Below are positions 48,204 through 61,336 of a stretch of DNA of 64,000 bases, piece after piece. The translations under genes were made by a program, and so were the position numbers. Below the pieces are notes generated by a model. It did not search any database, was not told the DNA's origin, and saw nothing but the letters and a program-made list of their open reading frames with translations. Source of the stretch: an uncultured Clostridia bacterium (GTDB taxonomy: Bacteria; Bacillota; Clostridia; Oscillospirales; Ruminococcaceae); NCBI GenBank assembly GCA_947624345.1, contig CANQJW010000001.1:21499-85498 (forward strand), in the 5' to 3' direction. Within the stretch, counting starts at the first letter, position 1; every line of letters starts with the position of its first letter.

Positions 48204-51002
48204 TTGATGCCACAGGACTATAACATTTCGTTAAACTTACCTAAAACAGAATTTCCTATGAGAGGCAATCTCCCTAAGAGAGAGCCCGAGATACTCAAAA
48301 AATGGGATGAAGAAAATCTTTATGAGGATATAATCAAGAAGAATGAGGGCAAGCCTAACTATACTTTGCATGACGGACCTCCATATGCTAACGGCGACAT
48401 TCACCTTGGAACTGCTTTAAACAAGGTTTTAAAAGATATTATTGTTAAGTATAAGAATATGAGTGGCTTCCGTTCTCATTATGTACCGGGCTGGGATACA
48501 CACGGACTTCCTATTGAGTTAAAGGCAATGAAAGCTATTGGAGTTGAAAATGGTGCTATTCCTCCTGTTGAGTTAAGAAAGCATTGTAAAGATTTTGCTT
48601 TATCTTTTATGGAAAATCAAAAAGAGCAGTTCAAAAGGCTTGGCGTTTTAGGTGATTTTGATAATCCTTATCTGACATTGAAGCCTGAGTTTGAGGCAAG
48701 AGAAGTTGAAGTCTTTGGCGAATTTGCTAAAAAAGGCTATGTATATAAGGGCTTAAAGCCTGTTTATTGGTGTCCTGAATGTCAGACTGCTTTGGCTGAG
48801 GCAGAGATTGAGTATTCAGACGATCCTTGTCAATCTATTTATGTTAAGTTCAAGGTGTCTGACGACAAGGGACTATTCACTGAAAAGGGAATAGACATAA
48901 ATAACACATACTTCGTTATCTGGACAACTACTACATGGACACTTCCTGGTAACCTAGCTATTTGCCTTGGTCCTAATTATGATTATGCTGTTGTTAAGGC
49001 TGAAAATGGCGAAAACTATGTAATGGCTGAATATCTTGTTCCTGTAACAATGGAAGCTGCGGGAATTGAAAAGTATGAGGTTGTAGCTAAGTTCCTGGGC
49101 AGTGATTTAGAGGGAATAAAGACGGCCCATCCGTTTATGAACAGACCATCGCCAATCATTCTCGGCGATCATGTTACATTGGAAAGCGGTACAGGCTGTG
49201 TTCATACAGCTCCCGGCTACGGTGTTGACGACTTTGAAGTATGTAAGAAATATGATGATATAGGAATCGTTGTCGGCGTTGACGGAAAGGGCATTTTAAC
49301 TAAAGATTCCGGAATGTTTGAGGGTTTGACAACTGATAAGGCTAATAAAGTAATTGCCGAGCATTTAAAGGAAACAGTGGCTTTGTTTGCTATCGAAGAT
49401 ATTGAACACCAATATCCGCATTGCTGGAGATGTAAGTCACCAATTCTTTTCAGAGCTACTGAGCAGTGGTTCTGTTCTGTTAAGAACTTTAAGGACGAAA
49501 CTGTTAAGGCAATTGAAAACGTTGAATGGATTCCTAAGTGGGGCGAGGAAAGAATTAAAGGAATGGTTCAAGATCGCTCTGACTGGTGCATTTCAAGACA
49601 AAGAACTTGGGGAGTTCCGATTCCTGTAATTTACTGCAAGGATTGCGGAAAGCCTATTTGTAATGATACAACCATCAAAGCTATTTCCGATTTATTCAGG
49701 GCAGAGGGCTCGGACGCTTGGTATATAAAGGACGCAAAAGACTTTATTCCAGAAAGCGTAAAATGCGAGTGTGGATGCTCCGAATTTGAAAAGGAAATGG
49801 ACATTCTCGACGTATGGTTTGACAGCGGAGTTACCCATAAAGCTGTTTTAGAGGAAAGGGACGATTTAAACGCTCCTGCTGATTTGTACCTTGAGGGAGC
49901 AGACCAATACAGAGGCTGGTTCCAGTCTTCATTGCTGACATCTATTGTATGCAATGGTGAAGCACCATACAAGGCTGTCTGCACTCACGGATGGGTTGTT
50001 GACGGTCAGGGTAAGACTATGCACAAGTCTCTTGGGAATGGTATTGAACCTCACGAGATTACCAATAAATACGGTTCTGACATTTTAAGACTATGGGTTG
50101 CGTCATCTGATTATCATTCTGATATAAGGATTTCAGATGATATTCTGGCACAGCTTTCAGAAGCGTATAAGAAAATAAGAAACACCGCAAGATTTATACT
50201 TGGTAATTTGTCAAATGCCGATGGCTTTGACATTGATAAGGACGGGGTTTCTGATGATGAGTTATTTGAGCTTGATAAATGGGCTTTAGCCAAGCTTGAT
50301 GAGCTTATTGATAAGGTTAACGCAGCATATACGGCATTTGATTATCACATTGTATTCCATGCAATTCACAATTTCTGCGTAATTGATATGTCAAACTTCT
50401 ATCTTGATATTATTAAAGACAGATTGTATTGCGATAATGTAAATTCAGTTTCAAGAAGAGCTGCACAGACTTCAATGTATAAGATTTTGAGTGCTATTAC
50501 AAGACTTATAGCACCAATTATGTCGTTTACCGCTGATGAAATTTGGGGATATATCCCGCATTCATCTGATGATAATCCAAAGAGCGTTTTCTTAAATGAT
50601 ATGCCTGAGAAGTCTGGTATTAAAACAGATGCTGAGTTTATTGCAAAGTGGGATTTGATTGCTGAACTCAGAGAGGACGTTAAAAAGGCTCTTGAAATTA
50701 AGAGAGCAGATAAGGTTATCGGTAAATCCTTAGAGGCAGATGTTATTTTATATGCGGACGGAGAAATCAAAGATGCAATCGCTGAGTTTGTTAGTGAGCT
50801 ACCTGAAATCTTTATTGTTTCTAAGGTTGAACTTAAGGACGGCGAAGGCGAATTCAAAGGTGAGCTTGACGGCGTTTCAATAGATGTTGTGAAAGCAACA
50901 GGTGAAAAGTGTGAAAGATGCTGGAAGTTCTCAGAATCTGTTGGCAAACATGAAGATCATCCGACCCTTTGCGACAGATGTCACAGCGTTATTTGTGAAT
51001 AA
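48204..51002 (+). CDS. ileS: Isoleucine--tRNA ligase (type 1, with C-terminal zinc finger)
   Basis: HIGH-type motif PYANGDIHLGT, KMSKS-type KMHKSLGN, an editing domain, and C-terminal CERCW...CDRC. The start could be TTG 48204 or ATG 48207. Confidence 0.95.
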   Translation: MMPQDYNISLNLPKTEFPMRGNLPKREPEILKKWDEENLYEDIIKKNEGKPNYTLHDGPPYANGDIHLGTALNKVLKDIIVKYKNMSGFRSHYVPGWDTHGLPIELKAMKAIGVENGAIPPVELRKHCKDFALSFMENQKEQFKRLGVLGDFDNPYLTLKPEFEAREVEVFGEFAKKGYVYKGLKPVYWCPECQTALAEAEIEYSDDPCQSIYVKFKVSDDKGLFTEKGIDINNTYFVIWTTTTWTLPGNLAICLGPNYDYAVVKAENGENYVMAEYLVPVTMEAAGIEKYEVVAKFLGSDLEGIKTAHPFMNRPSPIILGDHVTLESGTGCVHTAPGYGVDDFEVCKKYDDIGIVVGVDGKGILTKDSGMFEGLTTDKANKVIAEHLKETVALFAIEDIEHQYPHCWRCKSPILFRATEQWFCSVKNFKDETVKAIENVEWIPKWGEERIKGMVQDRSDWCISRQRTWGVPIPVIYCKDCGKPICNDTTIKAISDLFRAEGSDAWYIKDAKDFIPESVKCECGCSEFEKEMDILDVWFDSGVTHKAVLEERDDLNAPADLYLEGADQYRGWFQSSLLTSIVCNGEAPYKAVCTHGWVVDGQGKTMHKSLGNGIEPHEITNKYGSDILRLWVASSDYHSDIRISDDILAQLSEAYKKIRNTARFILGNLSNADGFDIDKDGVSDDELFELDKWALAKLDELIDKVNAAYTAFDYHIVFHAIHNFCVIDMSNFYLDIIKDRLYCDNVNSVSRRAAQTSMYKILSAITRLIAPIMSFTADEIWGYIPHSSDDNPKSVFLNDMPEKSGIKTDAEFIAKWDLIAELREDVKKALEIKRADKVIGKSLEADVILYADGEIKDAIAEFVSELPEIFIVSKVELKDGEGEFKGELDGVSIDVVKATGEKCERCWKFSESVGKHEDHPTLCDRCHSVICE

Positions 51003-51011
51003 TTATTAGCG

Positions 51012-51048
51012 TAAGTTGTCAGATTATTTTGACAACTTATGTTTTGTT
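51012..51048 (+). terminator. Intrinsic terminator after ileS
   Basis: 9-bp stem TAAGTTGTC / GACAACTTA with a 10-nt loop, then TGTTTTGTT. Confidence 0.7.
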
Positions 51049-51157
51049 CAAAGATTTTGTTAAAAAATTGCTTTATATAGAGATTATTCCTTACAGTATA
51101 AAATTTGTCAACTTTATTCCTGACTATGCAGAAATTTAATGGAAAGTGGAGATTAAT

Positions 51158-51781
51158 ATGGTTTTCGTATCACTTTTACTGGTTGTACTGCTTGTTCTAA
51201 TTGATCAGACTATCAAATATTTTGTGATTTCAAATATTGCTTTAGATGAAACTTTTTATACTTTCAGTATTGGCGGACACAATCTTTTCAGCATAACTCA
51301 TGTCAGAAATAATGGCGCAGCATGGAGTATTTTAGAGGGAAAAACTGTTTTGTTGACTGTTGTTGCTGCGGTGGCAATTATTTTAGTTTTTTATCTTATT
51401 GCATCAAAACGCTTTAGGTTGAAGCTCGAGGTCGTTATGCTGTCACTTATTATGGCAGGTGGAATAGGAAACCTTATTGACAGAATTAGGATTAAAGAGG
51501 TTATTGACTATATCAGAACAGATTTTATTGATTTCCCAGTGTTTAATTTTGCTGATATTTGTGTTGTTATCGGTGCAATTGGCTTTTGCATTGCATATTT
51601 GATAATAGAATCAGTTAATAATCGTAAGAAGCGCTCGGTAGTAATTGGTGCTTTGGGAGATACTCAAAATGAAGTCAGTAATGCTGATGAGATAGATATA
51701 CTTTCAGAGTTATCAAACGTATCTGATATAGAGACGGAAAGCAGTATAAATTCCGGGGATGACAAGAATGAAGAATCTTAA
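51158..51781 (+). CDS. lspA: Lipoprotein signal peptidase II with an acidic C-terminal extension
   Basis: NNGAAWS, GGIGNLIDR, and FNFADICV (catalytic Asp residues). About 50 extra Ser/Asp/Glu-rich residues at the C-terminus. Start at the ATG 6 nt after GGAG. Confidence 0.85.
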   Translation: MVFVSLLLVVLLVLIDQTIKYFVISNIALDETFYTFSIGGHNLFSITHVRNNGAAWSILEGKTVLLTVVAAVAIILVFYLIASKRFRLKLEVVMLSLIMAGGIGNLIDRIRIKEVIDYIRTDFIDFPVFNFADICVVIGAIGFCIAYLIIESVNNRKKRSVVIGALGDTQNEVSNADEIDILSELSNVSDIETESSINSGDDKNEES

Positions 51782-52679
51782 GCTTTATGTATCAGCTGAA
51801 ACCGCAGGTGCAAGGATAGATAAGTGGTTATCGGAAAATATCGATGATTTATCTCGTTCATCAGTTCAGAGGCTTTTAAAAGAGAACAACATACTTATTA
51901 ACTCTCAGCCTATTAACAAAAACTATAAGCTTCGTACTGATGATATTATAGATATAAATATTCCTGAGCCCGAGGTCCTTGATGTAATTCCTCAGAATAT
52001 TCCTGTTGATATTGTCTATGAAGATGATGATTTGCTGGTTGTTAATAAACCAAAGGGAATGGTTGTTCACCCTGCGGCAGGTAATCCCGACGGTACTCTT
52101 GTAAATGCACTTTTATTTCATTGCAAGGGACGTCTTTCAAGTATCAATGGAGTAATCAGACCCGGGATTGTACATAGAATAGATAAATATACAAGCGGTC
52201 TTTTGATTGTGGCTAAGACAGATAAAGCACATACGCATTTAGCACAGCAAATTAAAGATCATTCCTTTACAAGAGAATATATTGGTATTGTCTGCGGACG
52301 AATGAATATTAGTGACGAGCAAAGCAAAATTGACGCGCCAATTGGCAGACATAAGTTAAATCGAAAGAAAATGGCCGTGACCGACTCTAATTCAAAGAAC
52401 GCAATTACTTATTACAAGGTTTTAGAGACTTTTGATAAATATTCTTTACTAAAGTTTACACTGGAAACAGGCAGAACGCATCAGATAAGGGTTCATATGG
52501 CATATATAGGACATCCTATTCTGGGTGACGATGTATATGGCAAAGCCTTTAAAGGGATCGAAGGTCAATGTCTTCACGCAAAGAAGATAGGATTTATTCA
52601 CCCTTCAACAGGAGAGTATATGGAGTTTGACAGCGAGCTTCCTGAATATTTTGAAAATATACTGAAAAAGGTAAGATAA
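51759..52679 (+). CDS. rluD: 23S rRNA pseudouridine synthase RluD family
   Basis: N-terminal S4 domain, catalytic motif HRIDKYTSGLL, and GRTHQIRVH. Confidence 0.9.
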   Translation: MTRMKNLKLYVSAETAGARIDKWLSENIDDLSRSSVQRLLKENNILINSQPINKNYKLRTDDIIDINIPEPEVLDVIPQNIPVDIVYEDDDLLVVNKPKGMVVHPAAGNPDGTLVNALLFHCKGRLSSINGVIRPGIVHRIDKYTSGLLIVAKTDKAHTHLAQQIKDHSFTREYIGIVCGRMNISDEQSKIDAPIGRHKLNRKKMAVTDSNSKNAITYYKVLETFDKYSLLKFTLETGRTHQIRVHMAYIGHPILGDDVYGKAFKGIEGQCLHAKKIGFIHPSTGEYMEFDSELPEYFENILKKVR

Positions 52680-52683
52680 ATAT

Positions 52684-53496
52684 ATGTTTGAAGATATATC
52701 GAAGGTGTTGTTGGTAACCGATATGGACGGAACTTTTTTACCTACCAATAAAATTCCTTCAAAGGGGAATTTAGAGGCAATTAAGAGGTTTCAGGAAGCC
52801 GGTGGAAAGTTTACTATTGCTACAGGGCGTGCTCATCAGGCTACATCGCAATACTTTGAATATTTTGATGTTAATTTTCCTATGATAATGTTCAACGGTG
52901 GTATGATTTATGATATGGAAGCTGATAAGTCCATTTATGATATTTTTACTCCGCCTATTGCTAAGGAAATTACCATTGATATATTAAAAGCATTCCCAAA
53001 TCTGGGGTGCGAGATATTAACCGATAATGTTAATGTTATAAGTAAAAATGATACAGAGGAAAACCATATAAAAATTTGCAAGGTGATTCCTAATTTTACA
53101 GATATTGATAATGTTGATGATAACTGGTATAAGGTTTTATTTGCCGATACAAAGGAGAACCTTGACGAGGTTGAGGAGTATGTCAGCAACAAAAGCTTTT
53201 CCGGTGTTGACTTTGTGAGAAGTGATTTAAACTATTTTGAGATTCTTCCTCAAGAGAACTCAAAGGGTTCTGCACTTAAAGCTATGCGAAAACTTTGTAA
53301 TATTGAGGATTATACAATTGTTGCAGTTGGAGATTATAATAACGATATCCAAATGCTTATTGAAGCCGACTTAGGCGTTTGTCCTGCTAATGCAGTTGAC
53401 GCTGTAAAGGACGTTGCCGATCTGGTTTTGGCTGAATCTTGTGATGAAAATGCTATCGCAGTGGTGATAGATTATATATTTTCAAAAGTAAACTAA
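52684..53496 (+). CDS. Cof-type HAD-IIB family hydrolase
   Basis: DMDGTF motif I, ATGR, and GDYNNDIQM motif IV. Confidence 0.8.
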   Translation: MFEDISKVLLVTDMDGTFLPTNKIPSKGNLEAIKRFQEAGGKFTIATGRAHQATSQYFEYFDVNFPMIMFNGGMIYDMEADKSIYDIFTPPIAKEITIDILKAFPNLGCEILTDNVNVISKNDTEENHIKICKVIPNFTDIDNVDDNWYKVLFADTKENLDEVEEYVSNKSFSGVDFVRSDLNYFEILPQENSKGSALKAMRKLCNIEDYTIVAVGDYNNDIQMLIEADLGVCPANAVDAVKDVADLVLAESCDENAIAVVIDYIFSKVN

Positions 53497-53512
53497 TCTG
53501 GAGGATTGAAAA

Positions 53513-54352
53513 ATGGACGCTACTATTAAAAAGCAGCTTGAAATACAAGCCTGCAAAATTCGTATGGGTATAATTGAAGGCGTTTACAATGCAAAATCCG
53601 GTCATCCGGGCGGATCATTGTCAATTGCAGACACATTGACATATCTTTATTTTGCAAAGATGAATGTTGACCCGAAAAATCCTGATATGGAGGACAGAGA
53701 CAGACTTGTTCTTTCAAAAGGACACACTGCACCTGCGCTTTATTCAACACTTGCAAACAAAGGTTTTTTTGAGCTTGAGGAGCTTAAATCACTGAGACAT
53801 ATAGGTGCTTTGCTTCAAGGACATCCGTGTATTCATATTCCTGGTGTTGATATGTCGTCAGGATCTTTGGGACAGGGAATTTCGGCTGCCTGCGGAATGG
53901 CTCTCAGCGGAAAAATCTCTAATGCGCCTTATAAGGTTTATACTATTCTCGGTGACGGAGAGATTGAGGAAGGTCAGGTTTGGGAAGCTGCAATGTTCGC
54001 TTCTCATAAGGAGCTTGACAACCTAGTCGCAATTGTTGACAACAATGGATTGCAGATAGACGGTGCTATTGAAGATGTCTGCTCACCGTATCCTATTAAA
54101 GAAAAGTTTGAAGCATTCGGCTGGCATGTTATAGAAACAGATGCACATGATTTTGATAAGCTCGAAGCTGCTTTTGATGAGGCAGAAAAGATTGCAGGAC
54201 AGCCTGTAGCTATTATTCAAAAAAGTGTAAAAGGCAAGGGAGTTTCCTTTATGGAGAATCAGGTTTCCTGGCACGGTTCTGCTCCTAACGCTGATCAGTA
54301 TAATCAGGCTATGGAAGAGCTGGCTAATACATTGAAAGCTTTGGAGGATTAG
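53513..54352 (+). CDS. Transketolase, N-terminal (TPP-binding) subunit
   Basis: SGHPGGSLS, SKGH, and GDGEIEEGQVWEA. The split transketolase arrangement is typical of Clostridia. Confidence 0.9.
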   Translation: MDATIKKQLEIQACKIRMGIIEGVYNAKSGHPGGSLSIADTLTYLYFAKMNVDPKNPDMEDRDRLVLSKGHTAPALYSTLANKGFFELEELKSLRHIGALLQGHPCIHIPGVDMSSGSLGQGISAACGMALSGKISNAPYKVYTILGDGEIEEGQVWEAAMFASHKELDNLVAIVDNNGLQIDGAIEDVCSPYPIKEKFEAFGWHVIETDAHDFDKLEAAFDEAEKIAGQPVAIIQKSVKGKGVSFMENQVSWHGSAPNADQYNQAMEELANTLKALED

Positions 54353-54356
54353 TGAT

Positions 54357-55301
54357 ATGAGTGAAATAATTAAAAAGGCTACCAGAGAAAGCTATGGAGA
54401 GGCTTTGGCAGAACTGGGAGAAAAGTATGACAATTTATACGTTTTTGACGCTGACCTTGCTGCGGCTACAAAGACAGGAATCTTCAAGAAGAAATATCCT
54501 GAAAGATTTTTTGACTGCGGTATAGCGGAAGCAAATATGATGGGTGTTGCCGCTGGAATGGCCGCAACAGGAAAGATACCTTTTGCTTCAACTTTTGCAA
54601 TGTTTGCAGCAGGCAGAGCATATGAGATTGTGAGAAATACAATTGGATATCCTCACCTAAATGTAAAAATCGGCGCTACACATGCAGGAATTTCTGTAGG
54701 AGAGGACGGAGCAACTCATCAGTGCAACGAGGATATTGCTCTTATGAGAACAATTCCGGGAATGACAATTATAAATCCTGCTGATGATATTGAAGCAAAA
54801 GCCGCAGTAGAGGCTGCAATTCTTCACGAGGGACCTGTATATCTGAGGTTCGGACGTCTTGCTGCACCTGTGTTTAATGATAAGGAAACGTACAAGTTTG
54901 AGCTTGGCAAGGGAATTAAGCTTAAAGATGGAGATGATATAACAATCATTGCAACCGGACTTATGGTTTTAGAGGCTCTTAATGCCGCTGAAGAGCTTAA
55001 GAAAGACGGAATAAAAGCAAGAGTTATCAATATTCACACAATTAAGCCTATTGACAAGGATATTATTCTTGAGGCAGCTAAGGATACCGGACTTCTGCTA
55101 ACAGTTGAGGAGCATAGTGTAATTGGTGGACTCGGCTCGGCTGTTTGTGATGTTGTATCTGAAAGTCTTCCTACAAAGGTTATTAAGATAGGTGTTAATG
55201 ATGAGTTCGGTCATTCAGGACCTGCTGTTGATTTGCTTAAAGAATTTGGTTTGTCTTCAGAAAATATTGTTAAGAAAGCTAAAGAGGCTCTCGGAAAATA
55301 G
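54357..55301 (+). CDS. Transketolase, C-terminal (pyrimidine-binding) subunit
   Basis: FFDCGIAEANM, EDGATHQ, and the EEHSVIGGLGSAV motifs. Confidence 0.9.
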   Translation: MSEIIKKATRESYGEALAELGEKYDNLYVFDADLAAATKTGIFKKKYPERFFDCGIAEANMMGVAAGMAATGKIPFASTFAMFAAGRAYEIVRNTIGYPHLNVKIGATHAGISVGEDGATHQCNEDIALMRTIPGMTIINPADDIEAKAAVEAAILHEGPVYLRFGRLAAPVFNDKETYKFELGKGIKLKDGDDITIIATGLMVLEALNAAEELKKDGIKARVINIHTIKPIDKDIILEAAKDTGLLLTVEEHSVIGGLGSAVCDVVSESLPTKVIKIGVNDEFGHSGPAVDLLKEFGLSSENIVKKAKEALGK

Positions 55302-55312
55302 AATTTAATTTT

Positions 55313-55344
55313 AAGCTATCAGATTGATTTCTGATAGCTTTTTC
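55313..55344 (+). terminator. Intrinsic terminator after the transketolase genes
   Basis: Perfect 10-bp stem AAGCTATCAG / CTGATAGCTT with an 8-nt loop, then TTT. Confidence 0.7.
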
Positions 55345-55405
55345 ACTCTTTTCCTAGTATTGAATATAATAAGTTATCAATATTGAGCGAAAGGGGTAGT
55401 AGAAA

Positions 55406-56044
55406 TTGAGGGCTAAACGCAAAAGGAGAAACACTAATAAGAAGCGTAACGCATTGTTTATAATTATCATTTGTATAGCCTTTACAACACTTTTTGCAAT
55501 CAATCATGAGCTTAGAATGAAGCTTAGGGACATTGCAGTTTATAAATGCGAAAACAGGGCTACTGATATGATTAACGAAGCTATACAAAACACTTTGGAA
55601 AATTCAGATTTTACATATAATGATCTAGTTGAAATCAATAAAAACTCAGACAATGAAATCACTTCGGTGTCTTGTGTGTCAAGTAAAATAAACAGTCTTA
55701 AAACCGATATATCAAAGCAAATAAATAAGGGCTTTGAAAATCAAGATAAAAATGGATTTAGTATTGCCGTAGGTACAATTTCGGGAATAAACCTTTTCAG
55801 CGGAGTTGGTCCTGATATAACAGTGCATTTTGAGAAAGAGGGAAGTGTTAAGACTGACATAAAAAGCTCATTTTCAAGTGCTGGGATAAATCAAACTTTG
55901 CATAGAATTTATATTGAGGTAAGCTCTGACATAGTTGCAATTGCAGCAGCAGGTACATATAAATCCAATGTAGAAACTAAGTTTTTACTTGCAGAGACGG
56001 TAATAGTAGGTGAAATTCCCGAGGGATATGTGTCAATATCTTAA
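55406..56044 (+). CDS. yunB: Sporulation protein YunB
   Basis: TTG start. Basic N-terminus plus a TM helix. GINQTLHRIYIEV and LLAETVIVGEIPEGY match YunB family signatures. Confidence 0.7.
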   Translation: MRAKRKRRNTNKKRNALFIIIICIAFTTLFAINHELRMKLRDIAVYKCENRATDMINEAIQNTLENSDFTYNDLVEINKNSDNEITSVSCVSSKINSLKTDISKQINKGFENQDKNGFSIAVGTISGINLFSGVGPDITVHFEKEGSVKTDIKSSFSSAGINQTLHRIYIEVSSDIVAIAAAGTYKSNVETKFLLAETVIVGEIPEGYVSIS

Positions 56045-58108
<2,064 letters not shown>

Positions 58109-58126
58109 AATGGAGGAAGTTTGGAA

Positions 58127-58399
58127 ATGAACATTGATATTAAACACATTGCTAAACTGGCAAGGCTTCGTATTGAGGACGGAGAGCTTGAGAAATTTAA
58201 AAATGATATGCAGGGGATCGTAGAGATGGTCGAAAATCTCCCCTCTGATATTAAGGACGAGCCATTGCTTGATCCTGAAAACTCAATGAAGCTCAGAGAG
58301 GATAAGGTCAGAGAAAATAAATATTCAAGAGATGAACTTACAAAGAATGCACCTCATGTTACTGCAGGCTGCCTTGTAGTTCCAAAGACAGTAGAATAG
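58127..58399 (+). CDS. gatC: Asp/Glu-tRNA amidotransferase subunit C
   Basis: I.HIAKLARL...E..KF; about 90 aa. Start at the ATG 7 nt after GGAGGAAG. Confidence 0.9.
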   Translation: MNIDIKHIAKLARLRIEDGELEKFKNDMQGIVEMVENLPSDIKDEPLLDPENSMKLREDKVRENKYSRDELTKNAPHVTAGCLVVPKTVE

Positions 58400-58410
58400 G
58401 AGGCAGATAT

Positions 58411-59868
58411 ATGGAATTATTTGAAAAAAGTGCGTTTGAGCTTTCGCAGATGCTGGATAAAAAAGAGGTAAGTTCAGTTGAAATTACAAAATCCGTTTTT
58501 AACCGAATATATTCAGTTGAAGAAAAAGTGAATTCATATGTTACACTAGATAAAGAAAATGCACTAAATAAGGCTCAGGAAGTTGATAAAAAAATTGCAA
58601 ACGGGGAAAAACTTTCACCCCTTGCGGGAATACCTATAGGAATTAAGGACAACATTTCAACCAAGGGACTCAGGACTACTTGTTCTTCTAAAATGCTTGA
58701 AAATTATGTACCGCCTTTTAATGCAACTGTTATAGATAAAGTCAATAATGCAGATATGATCATAACAGGTAAGCTCAATATGGATGAGTTTGCTATGGGA
58801 TCATCTACTGAAACGTCATACTTTAAAAAGACTAAAAATCCTTTTGACCTTGAGAGAATTCCCGGTGGTTCATCGGGCGGTTCTGCTGCTTCTGTTGCAG
58901 CAGGCGAGGCTGTTGTATCGCTTGGCTCTGATACGGGAGGTTCGATCCGTCAGCCTGCATCTTATTGTGGTGTTGTTGGGTTAAAGCCTACCTATGGAAG
59001 GGTATCACGTTTTGGACTTGTTGCGTTTGCATCATCTCTTGATCAGATAGGACCCATAAGCCGCACAGTTAAAGATGTGGCTATGCTTCAGTCTGTTATA
59101 TCAGGTCACGACAGATATGATGCAACATCAGCATGCGTTGATACACCTGACTTTTTAGCAGGGTTAAAATCTGATGTTAAAGGTTTAAGGATAGGAATAC
59201 CAAAAGAATACTTTGGCAACGGCATTGATAGTAATGTAAAGGACGCTGTTTATAACGCTGTAAAGGTTTTAGAGCAAAACGGAGCGTCTGTAAAAGAGAT
59301 AAGTCTGCCGTCAACGAACTATGCGCTTTCGGCTTATTACATTATATCCTCAGCTGAGGCATCATCTAACCTTGCAAGATATGACGGAGTTAAATATGGA
59401 TACAGAGCAAAGGAATTTGACAGCCTTATTGATATGTATGAAAAAACTCGTTCAGAGGGCTTTGGAGACGAGGTTAAGAGAAGAATATTGCTCGGAACAT
59501 TTGTGTTAAGCTCTGGCTTTTTTGATGCATATTATAAAAAGGCAAAGCTTGTTCAGAGAAGAGTTTCAGCAGAGTTTAACGAGGTCTTCAAGGACGTTGA
59601 CGTTATCTGCACGCCTACTGTTCCGTCAACAGCTTTTAAAATCGGAGAGAATATTGATAATCCACTGAAAATGTATGCAACTGATATTTGCACAGTAACA
59701 ATCAACATAGCAGGGCTTCCCGCTATGAGCATACCTTGTGGATATGATGATAAAGGACTTCCTATCGGATTACAGCTTGTAGGAAACAAGTTCTGTGAGC
59801 AAACGCTTTTAAACACTGCAAACGCTTATGAGAACATAATCGGCGGATTTAAAAGTCCATTGCTTTAA
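58411..59868 (+). CDS. gatA: Asp/Glu-tRNA amidotransferase subunit A
   Basis: Amidase signature [14 protein letters not shown] and [13 protein letters not shown]. Confidence 0.95.
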   Translation: MELFEKSAFELSQMLDKKEVSSVEITKSVFNRIYSVEEKVNSYVTLDKENALNKAQEVDKKIANGEKLSPLAGIPIGIKDNISTKGLRTTCSSKMLENYVPPFNATVIDKVNNADMIITGKLNMDEFAMGSSTETSYFKKTKNPFDLERIPGGSSGGSAASVAAGEAVVSLGSDTGGSIRQPASYCGVVGLKPTYGRVSRFGLVAFASSLDQIGPISRTVKDVAMLQSVISGHDRYDATSACVDTPDFLAGLKSDVKGLRIGIPKEYFGNGIDSNVKDAVYNAVKVLEQNGASVKEISLPSTNYALSAYYIISSAEASSNLARYDGVKYGYRAKEFDSLIDMYEKTRSEGFGDEVKRRILLGTFVLSSGFFDAYYKKAKLVQRRVSAEFNEVFKDVDVICTPTVPSTAFKIGENIDNPLKMYATDICTVTINIAGLPAMSIPCGYDDKGLPIGLQLVGNKFCEQTLLNTANAYENIIGGFKSPLL

Positions 59869-59886
59869 TGATTGGGGGTAATTAAA

Positions 59887-61323
59887 ATGGTTAAAGGTTA
59901 TGAAGTTGTAATCGGTCTTGAAGTTCATGCTGAGCTTAACACCGAATCTAAAATATATTGTGACTGCAAAAATGCTTTCGGATTAGAGGTTAATACACAG
60001 GTTTGCCCTGTTTGTATGGGCATGCCCGGAGCGCTGCCAACCTTGAACGAAAAAGTTGTTGACTATGCAATAAAAATGGGTCACGCGCTGAACTGTACAA
60101 TAAACAATGTTTGCAAGCAGGACAGAAAGAATTATTTCTATCCTGATCTTCCTAAGGCATACCAAATTTCTCAGGCTGAGGTTCCTCTTTGCGAAAACGG
60201 CTACCTTGACATTTTGGTAGACGGGGAGGAAAGAAGAATCGGCGTTACTAGAATTCACATTGAGGAGGACGCGGGAAAACTTCTTCACTCGGACAAGTTT
60301 GACGGCTCACTTGTTGACCTAAACAGGTGCGGAGTTCCGCTTATCGAGATAGTTTCAGAGCCTGATATGAGAAGCTCTGCCGAAGCACACGCTTATTTGG
60401 AAACTATAAAATCCATTCTTCAATACTTAAACATAAGCGACTGTAAGATGCAGGAGGGTTCAATAAGATGCGATGTAAACGTATCTGTTCATAAACCCGG
60501 AGAGCCACTTGGAACACGTTCTGAAATGAAAAACGTAAACAGCTTTTCAGCGGCAGTAAGAGGAATAGATTTTGAAGTAAACAGGCAGATAGAGATTCTT
60601 GAGGCAGGCGGAGAGGTTATTCAGGAAACCAGACGCTGGGACGATACAAAGGGCGAAAGTCTGTCTATGAGAAGTAAAGAGGACGCACAGGACTACAGAT
60701 ATTTCCCAGAGCCGGACTTGCTCACTATTGTAATTGACAAAGAAAGAATTGAAAAGCTTAAAAGTGAGATTCCTGAGCTTCCTAATAAAAAGCTGGTTCG
60801 GTATGTTAAGGAGTTCGGTTTATCTCAAAAGGACGCGTCATTTATATCGGAGGATATAGAGAAATCCAGTCTCTTCGACGAATGTGTTAAGGATAATCCT
60901 AAGCTGGCTAAGAGCGTATCCAACTGGATTTTGAGTGATGTTGCAAAATATTGCAACGAGACAGGCAAGAAAATTTCCGAAACAAAGCTTACTTCAGACA
61001 AGCTGTTGTACATTATTAAGCTGATAGGCGACGGCAAGATTTCAAACAGTGCAGGTAAGACTATTTTTGAAATTATTATTGATGAAGACAAGGATATAGA
61101 CGAAATAATCAAGGAAAAATCGCTTGCTCAGGTTTCTGACGCGTCAGCTTTGGAGGCTATCGCAGATGAAGTTATCGCAAATAATGAGAAGTCTGTAAGC
61201 GACTATAAGAGCGGTAAAACTAATGCTTTGGGCTATTTAGTAGGGCAGTGTATGAAGGCGTCAAAGGGCAAGGCTAATCCGGGAATGATGAAAGAAATTA
61301 TACTGAAGAAAATTGAGGGATAA
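59887..61323 (+). CDS. gatB: Asp/Glu-tRNA amidotransferase subunit B
   Basis: YEVVIGLEVHAEL, PVCMGMPGALP, RIHIEEDAGK, and a C-terminal YqeY-like GatB domain. Start at the ATG after GGGGGT. Confidence 0.95.
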   Translation: MVKGYEVVIGLEVHAELNTESKIYCDCKNAFGLEVNTQVCPVCMGMPGALPTLNEKVVDYAIKMGHALNCTINNVCKQDRKNYFYPDLPKAYQISQAEVPLCENGYLDILVDGEERRIGVTRIHIEEDAGKLLHSDKFDGSLVDLNRCGVPLIEIVSEPDMRSSAEAHAYLETIKSILQYLNISDCKMQEGSIRCDVNVSVHKPGEPLGTRSEMKNVNSFSAAVRGIDFEVNRQIEILEAGGEVIQETRRWDDTKGESLSMRSKEDAQDYRYFPEPDLLTIVIDKERIEKLKSEIPELPNKKLVRYVKEFGLSQKDASFISEDIEKSSLFDECVKDNPKLAKSVSNWILSDVAKYCNETGKKISETKLTSDKLLYIIKLIGDGKISNSAGKTIFEIIIDEDKDIDEIIKEKSLAQVSDASALEAIADEVIANNEKSVSDYKSGKTNALGYLVGQCMKASKGKANPGMMKEIILKKIEG

Positions 61324-61336
61324 CAAAGGAAAATAG

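Noticed and set aside
48185-48206. Absence of a T-box leader before ileS; only about 20 nt separates it from divIVA.
   Set aside because: This is absence of evidence only. ileS is evidently co-transcribed with the division cluster, and regulation may occur elsewhere. Nothing in the sequence itself is anomalous.
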